A stretch of DNA of 64,000 bases from contig OY762463.1 of NCBI GenBank assembly GCA_963665815.1, forward strand, positions 3,520,001-3,584,000, written 5' to 3'. The notes under the pieces are model-generated. The model worked only from the letters and a program-made list of their open reading frames with translations. It was not told the origin of the DNA and made no database searches. Below, one piece after another: positions 58,374 through 64,000 of this stretch; within the stretch, counting starts at the first letter, position 1, and the number at the start of each line of letters is the position of its first letter. This DNA is from Candidatus Cloacimonadales bacterium (lineage in GTDB: Bacteria; Cloacimonadota; Cloacimonadia; Cloacimonadales; JAIOQZ01). The position numbers were made by a program, and so were the translations under genes.

Positions 58374-59585
58374 TTGATATTCAGATTCAGTCGGGATTTA
58401 TTGAAGAATATACCTGAAATGGCAACAGGAACTAACAGGTTCAGATATATTGCTCAGTATCTGGATGAATATCCTGAACATAGCAATGAAGCCTTTCTGA
58501 AATTCAAAGAGCTATTCAGATTCATGGTAAAAATTAAAGCATCTGACTTAGATTGCGGTGGTGTGGGATGTAATGAGCAAATATGGTTTCGTGTAAATGG
58601 TGAGAAAATGCCTTATGAGGAAATCAATAATATCAATCAGGATGAAATTGCAGTTATGCTGCTTAGTGTACTGTCAATGGATCAGAAAGAAATGATGTTC
58701 CTGAATATGAATATTGACTTTTCATTAAGTCTCGAACTGGAAGAAGGTTCACGGGCTCAAAGGTTCCGTGGAAGCATCTATTATGAGATGAATTCACTGG
58801 CCGCAAACTTCCGAAGAATTAATTCACGCTTGTTTACTATAGACGAACTGAACTTCCCTGCACCAATTCTTGAACGATTTGATTTGACAAATGAAAAATC
58901 AGGATTAATACTTGTCACTGGTATTACTGGTTCAGGTAAAAGTAGTACTCTTGATACGATCATTAACATGAATAATATGAGGAGCCATGCACATATACTT
59001 GTTATAGGTAAGCCGATTGAGTATATTCATGAATCTCATAAATGTCTCGTAAGACACCGAGAAGTCGGTGAAGATGTGCTGAGCTTTGATCAGGGAACTG
59101 TTCAGGCCCTCAGGCAGGATCCTGATATCATCGTTGTTGGAGAGATGCGGGATAAGCATACAATAGCAACAGTAATGGAAGTGACTGACAGTGGTCATAA
59201 AGTTTTTACAACATTGCATACAAGCAGTGCAATAGAAAGTGTCCACAGGATTATTGGAGAGTTTCCTCCCAGTGAGCAGGATCGTATCAGGTATCGCCTT
59301 GCAGATATTTTAACAGTAATTGTGTCTCAGAAACTTATTCCGGACAGAAAGGGTCGCTTGCTGATGGCAAAGGAGATTTTGTCAGTAGATGATTCAGTTA
59401 AAGCGGCAATAAGAAATAATAATATCGGGGAGATTTATCAGATGATTACCGAAGGCAAGAATAAAGGAATGTATACTTTAGAACAGGATCTTCATCTTCT
59501 GGTGAGAATGAATAAAATTTCCTCTAAAACTGCAATGGGATATGCTAATAACAAGAAAAGAATGTCTCAACTATTAACATATTAG
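58374..59585 (+). CDS. pilT: Pilus retraction ATPase
   Basis: GITGSGKS, REVGED..SF, ALRQDPDII.VGEMRD, TTLHT, AAIRN. Confidence 0.9.
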   Translation: MIFRFSRDLLKNIPEMATGTNRFRYIAQYLDEYPEHSNEAFLKFKELFRFMVKIKASDLDCGGVGCNEQIWFRVNGEKMPYEEINNINQDEIAVMLLSVLSMDQKEMMFLNMNIDFSLSLELEEGSRAQRFRGSIYYEMNSLAANFRRINSRLFTIDELNFPAPILERFDLTNEKSGLILVTGITGSGKSSTLDTIINMNNMRSHAHILVIGKPIEYIHESHKCLVRHREVGEDVLSFDQGTVQALRQDPDIIVVGEMRDKHTIATVMEVTDSGHKVFTTLHTSSAIESVHRIIGEFPPSEQDRIRYRLADILTVIVSQKLIPDRKGRLLMAKEILSVDDSVKAAIRNNNIGEIYQMITEGKNKGMYTLEQDLHLLVRMNKISSKTAMGYANNKKRMSQLLTY

Positions 59586-59593
59586 GAATTAAC

Positions 59594-61696
59594 ATGAGTA
59601 ACAGAAGAGAACGTAACGCATATGGAGTTTTCATAGACGGCTTGAACATAAAGCTGGCACATGTTGTTGCAACCGGAGACGAGTTCAGGATTGAGAATCT
59701 TGAGGAAAAAGAACTGTCCTTCCCTCTATTTCTTCAAGACACCGAAAGTCCGAAAAAAACGAATGAACCAAATCCTGAAAATGTGAATCTTGAGACTCAG
59801 CTTGAGAATATGAGTAATATTGATTCTGATAAAATGATGGATAACCTGAATTCAGAAGCAAAACTCAGTGGTAAAGTTGAACTCAGAAATCTGTTGTATG
59901 AATATGATTTGTCAAATGGAAAAATTGCAATGAATTCTATTGATGATAGAATAACCTATCAGAATATAGGAACTCTGGATTCTAAGAAAAAGACATCCAA
60001 TAAAAAACTAAGAAAAATTCTTCTGAAAAAGCATGAGATCCAGAATGCAAATGTTACTCTTGATCATTTTCTGGGTGTTGATGACGAAGTCTTAGTATTT
60101 ACACATAGAGGCAGACTTGAACTGCTTGATGCAATAAAGGATATAAACTACTCTCTTACAAAGAAAAAATTCTATTATAATCATATAGACACAAATGAAG
60201 TATCCCTGATAAACCTGTATAATCTTACTCACCCAAGTGTTGAAGAGAAATACTCGTTGCTCTTGTATGTTGGATTTGAGTATAAAGTGGGAATTGTTCT
60301 TAAAGGTGGTAAATTCGTAAAGAAATTCCCAATAATTATAACTGGTACCAGCCATGAGAACAGAAGAAGAGCGATTTTTTCAAAGGTAATGCTTGAACAG
60401 GATGCTACAGAATACGATATAATTGAAGATGTTTATTTTTGTGGTGATTTTGCTGATGATGAAGATTTGGAATTCTTCCGTAAAATGTTCCCTGAAACAT
60501 CAAACATTACTAGATTTGATACAACCGAAATTGATGGTTTCTATAACGGAGAAAACCTTTTCTCAGCAGATCAGGCAGCAAGTTATGCAATTCCTATATC
60601 AATGGCATTTAAAGCTCTATTCCCCAAAAGAGTAGAGATTCCTGGAACAAACCTGATACCATCAACAATTATTGAAAGTCAAAAACCTTTCAAGTTATCC
60701 TGGCACGGATTGATTATGCTGGTAGGAATATTTGCCATCTCGCTTTATGGAACTTATGTCTATGCAAATACAATTAACAATATCAAGCATGTGAAAAGTG
60801 AGAATGCAAAGATCGAAGCTACTCTCAAGCAGTCGGAATCTATGATGTTCAAGATTGAAGATATCAGAAAGGAACTCCTTCAAATTGAAGAGAATATTTC
60901 CAGAGTGACTGATCTTGTACAGAATAAGAATCAATGGCACTATATAATCCATAAGATAAATCAGACATTTACAGAAAAAAATCTCAGTTGGCTTACACAG
61001 ATAGAAAGCAATGAGAATGGTTTTATTATAAACGGATTTACTACTGATAGGGAAAACATTGTAGAGTTCGCGGAGTTGTTTCCGGCTGGTATGGTTACAT
61101 CGGTCTCGGAAATAAGCATAGAGAATATGCAGGTTTGGACATTCAAGATCCAATATAATTACCTGTACCCTGAAACTCTGCCAAAGATCTATTCCTTTGC
61201 TAATCAAGAAGAAGATGAACAACAGACAAAGACATCTTACGCTCTTAATCAACCTTTAAAAAGTAACATAGAGAAGAAAAAAAGCACTAAATATGATCTT
61301 GATAAGATTGATGTGAAACAGGATTCAGTAGTAATTAAAGCTTACAATAATGCAGTAGCAACATACTTCGATGGAAAAGTAATGGAAGCATTACCTTTAT
61401 TCAAAGATTTCAGAGAAAAGTATCCTGAGCATACTCTGGCTTACAACGCAAAATATTTTACAGGAGAATGCTACTATAATATCGGAGAATATGACTCAGC
61501 AGAGGCAATATTCAATGAGATACTGAAAATAAAAGGTAATAAGTATGGTGATGCACTCATTATGCTGGGTAATACATACAGAAGGCGTAAAGACCTTGCA
61601 ACGGCAAAGGATTACTACTATAGAATTGTTAATGAAAATCTCGAAAGAAATGTTGTCAAAATTGCTAAAAGAAAACTGTATGAGATAGGATATTAG
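59594..61696 (+). CDS. PilM-PilN fusion with a C-terminal TPR domain
   Basis: YGVFIDG (PilM-like start), NLIP + TM + coiled coil (PilN), TPR repeats. Confidence 0.65.
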   Translation: MSNRRERNAYGVFIDGLNIKLAHVVATGDEFRIENLEEKELSFPLFLQDTESPKKTNEPNPENVNLETQLENMSNIDSDKMMDNLNSEAKLSGKVELRNLLYEYDLSNGKIAMNSIDDRITYQNIGTLDSKKKTSNKKLRKILLKKHEIQNANVTLDHFLGVDDEVLVFTHRGRLELLDAIKDINYSLTKKKFYYNHIDTNEVSLINLYNLTHPSVEEKYSLLLYVGFEYKVGIVLKGGKFVKKFPIIITGTSHENRRRAIFSKVMLEQDATEYDIIEDVYFCGDFADDEDLEFFRKMFPETSNITRFDTTEIDGFYNGENLFSADQAASYAIPISMAFKALFPKRVEIPGTNLIPSTIIESQKPFKLSWHGLIMLVGIFAISLYGTYVYANTINNIKHVKSENAKIEATLKQSESMMFKIEDIRKELLQIEENISRVTDLVQNKNQWHYIIHKINQTFTEKNLSWLTQIESNENGFIINGFTTDRENIVEFAELFPAGMVTSVSEISIENMQVWTFKIQYNYLYPETLPKIYSFANQEEDEQQTKTSYALNQPLKSNIEKKKSTKYDLDKIDVKQDSVVIKAYNNAVATYFDGKVMEALPLFKDFREKYPEHTLAYNAKYFTGECYYNIGEYDSAEAIFNEILKIKGNKYGDALIMLGNTYRRRKDLATAKDYYYRIVNENLERNVVKIAKRKLYEIGY

Positions 61697-61697
61697 T

Positions 61698-62567
61698 ATG
61701 ACTTACACACTGCGAAACACATTGGTTATGTTCATTTTTCTGCTTTTAGTTTCACTCGGATTCTTTTTTTACACAAGTAAATATAGAAATGAACTTGAGG
61801 ATGCAAGAAAAAAATTGAATGAGAACAAAAAAGTCCTGACTCAACTTAAACAGGCAAATCCGGATATTGATAATTCCGAGAATCTTGTTGTAAGTCTTGA
61901 GAACATGCGGAAGAAAGCTCGTGAGAATAAGAAACTCATTATGAGAAATGATCAGCCTACTGATACATACAATTATCTGATAGGACTAAGCAAGAAATAT
62001 TGCGGAGACATGAGTTTTGATTTTGTTCATCAGCAGACTGTAAATAAAGGTGATTTAACAACAAACTTGTATAATGTCAGTGGAATGGGTAAGCTGAAAT
62101 CGCTTTATGCTTTTATATTTAATATAGAAAAACAGAGTCCACTATATACTGTCGATCAATTCTTTGTTACTCAGAATTCTGGTTCTGTTTCAGATTCTGT
62201 TGCATTTAATCTTGTTCTTCAGTCATATTCTAACAATACAGGTATACCCCGTGATGAAATAACTTTGAATAAACTTATTTATTCAGATGTAGATAATTCA
62301 TTGTTTAAGCCGAGACTCCATGAGCCTGTTTATAGTGATGAAGAAGGACTACGTATTGATATAGAAAAGGCAACACTTGTTGGTCTTACAGTTGAAAAGG
62401 TTTTCCTGAAGGATAATCTTGGAGAAGTCCACATGTTGTCTATAGGTGATAAAGTTGCTTATGGATCACTGGGAAGAATAAACTGGAATCACCAGTATGC
62501 AGTGTTCTTTGTTAACAAGATTGGCATAATTGAAGAAAAAGTATTATATTTAACACAAGAGGAATAG
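61698..62567 (+). CDS. PilO-like protein with a PilP-like C-terminus
   Basis: TM + coiled coil + G....LY.FI..IE; C-terminal LVG...LKD..G....L.IGD.V. Confidence 0.6.
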   Translation: MTYTLRNTLVMFIFLLLVSLGFFFYTSKYRNELEDARKKLNENKKVLTQLKQANPDIDNSENLVVSLENMRKKARENKKLIMRNDQPTDTYNYLIGLSKKYCGDMSFDFVHQQTVNKGDLTTNLYNVSGMGKLKSLYAFIFNIEKQSPLYTVDQFFVTQNSGSVSDSVAFNLVLQSYSNNTGIPRDEITLNKLIYSDVDNSLFKPRLHEPVYSDEEGLRIDIEKATLVGLTVEKVFLKDNLGEVHMLSIGDKVAYGSLGRINWNHQYAVFFVNKIGIIEEKVLYLTQEE

Positions 62568-62568
62568 A

Positions 62569-63726
62569 ATGAGAAGATTATTATTTACAATTATTATTTT
62601 CAGTTTTCTGATACCGTTATTCTCAATCAGCAAAGGTGATAGCGATGAACAGAAAATTACATTTTCAAAAGGGACAAAGTTCACTGATGTAATGATGATG
62701 CTGGAAGAAGTAGCACTTAGAACAGAAGGCAAGAAAGTTGTTAATCTCAGTTCAGTTAGTGTACCTATAAGCATATCTCTGAATCAAGTTAACTGGAAAC
62801 AGGCTATTGTAATTGTTGCGGCAGTATATGATCTTGAAGTGGAAGAAAAGCCCGGAGCAATTGTGCTCAAAGATAAAGTTGTAGAAGAGGATTCTACTGA
62901 AGAAAAGAAAGTATCTACATCCGATGAACAGGTTAAAATCAGTGCAGTATTTTTTAAAGCTGATAAATCTTTCCTGAGAAGTGTTGGTATTAACTGGAAT
63001 TCTCTCGCAGATGGAACAGTTGGTATTGATGGATCAATTACTCCCGGTGATGTTGCTGATGAAATCCTCAGTGCAAGGGTAAGTAATTCCGGAACAATTT
63101 TTAATGATGTCAGATTCGATGTGGAAGCATTGATCGAAGCAATGGAATCCAGCCAGAAAGGTTCAGTTCTTGCAAGACCTTCCGTTTCTGTCCTCTCAGG
63201 AAAGATCGGTTATATCCAGGTTGGTGAAGACTTCTCTATCAAATCTACAGATGATGCCGGTAATACTATCGATAAATTCTTCTCAACCGGTGTAATTATG
63301 AATGTTGAACCAACTGTTATTCATGAAGAAGGTGTTTCAGCGATTCATTTAAAGACAAAAGTAGAGAAAAGTTCAGCGATTCCCGGTGATGTAAGTACGA
63401 TAATACAAAAATCACAATCTACAACTGAAGTTCTTCTTTTCGATAAAGAACAGACAGTAATCGGTGGATTGTATGATACTGATATAAGCTATGAAAGAGC
63501 AGGTATTCCTTTCCTCAAGGATTTACCATGGTGGGTTCTTGGGATAAAATACCTTACGGGATATTCAAAAGAGAAAAAGGACACTACTGAGATGATTATA
63601 ATTCTCAGCGCTGAAATAGTACCAAGCCTTGATGATAGAATAAAAGATAAGATATCCAAAAAGAAACAAGTTGATAAAGTTAGAAAAGGATTTAAAGACG
63701 CCGAAGAATTATTCGAGCTTGAATAA
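62569..63726 (+). CDS. pilQ: Secretin
   Basis: QVKISA, P....LSG..G.I.VG, TVIGGL, GIPFLKDLP. Confidence 0.88.
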   Translation: MRRLLFTIIIFSFLIPLFSISKGDSDEQKITFSKGTKFTDVMMMLEEVALRTEGKKVVNLSSVSVPISISLNQVNWKQAIVIVAAVYDLEVEEKPGAIVLKDKVVEEDSTEEKKVSTSDEQVKISAVFFKADKSFLRSVGINWNSLADGTVGIDGSITPGDVADEILSARVSNSGTIFNDVRFDVEALIEAMESSQKGSVLARPSVSVLSGKIGYIQVGEDFSIKSTDDAGNTIDKFFSTGVIMNVEPTVIHEEGVSAIHLKTKVEKSSAIPGDVSTIIQKSQSTTEVLLFDKEQTVIGGLYDTDISYERAGIPFLKDLPWWVLGIKYLTGYSKEKKDTTEMIIILSAEIVPSLDDRIKDKISKKKQVDKVRKGFKDAEELFELE

Positions 63727-63790
63727 CCTTTTCTGTTGTGTTAAATGTAATAATGATTAGATTGTTTTTTAAAAACAGATTGAGACAGAT

Positions 63791-64000
63791 ATGACGAATT
63801 TCTCTTATGAGCTATTAAGAAAATTATTGGATAAAATGCCGACTTTCCCGGCATCTGTGACAAAGATTCTGCAGATGATGGATCGTCCGGATATTACTTT
63901 CGAACAAATCGAAAAAGTAGCAAAGTTTGACCCTATAATAACAGTGAAAATACTCAGCCTTGTTAACTCTGCACATTTTGGTTTAAGAAATAGGGTGACT
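63791..64000 (+). CDS. HDOD-domain protein, 5' part (truncated by the window)
   Basis: MTNFSYELLRKLLDKMPTFP...DPIITVKILSLVNSAHFG. Confidence 0.8.
   Translation, partial: MTNFSYELLRKLLDKMPTFPASVTKILQMMDRPDITFEQIEKVAKFDPIITVKILSLVNSAHFGLRNRVT

Overview
AT-rich bacterial chromosome segment. Gene content and protein style suggest an FCB-group diderm, possibly Cloacimonadota (inference). About 1-25 kb is mostly housekeeping (pdxJ, miaA, radC, asd, a pdxA-methyltransferase fusion, pyrE, add, birA, queA, coaBC and the rimP-nusA-ylxR-L7Ae-infB-rbfA-nrnA-truB-ribF operon). The best candidate for an undescribed system is at 25.5-32.4 kb: a tightly coupled operon of four exported ferredoxin-type proteins with Sec/lipoprotein (not Tat) signal peptides and about 12 [4Fe-4S] motifs, one of them an FN3-repeat lipoprotein, together with a predicted outer-membrane beta-barrel, a CcdA/DsbD_2-like membrane protein, thioredoxin and a divergent NapH-like protein. 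It resembles a heme-free, Fe-S-based trans-envelope electron conduit (hypothesis). Other highlights are a sigma-54-promoted ~65-nt sRNA candidate with a 12-nt complement to the SD and start codon of a poly-HAMP chemoreceptor 34 kb away, a second structured ncRNA candidate, a TPP riboswitch before thiE-thiC, and a sigma-54/PilSR-like controlled type IV pilus locus with non-canonical 'MG-start' pilins and PilM-PilN-TPR and PilO-PilP fusions. No tRNA, rRNA, CRISPR array or transposase was seen. All calls come from reading the sequence; no searches were run.
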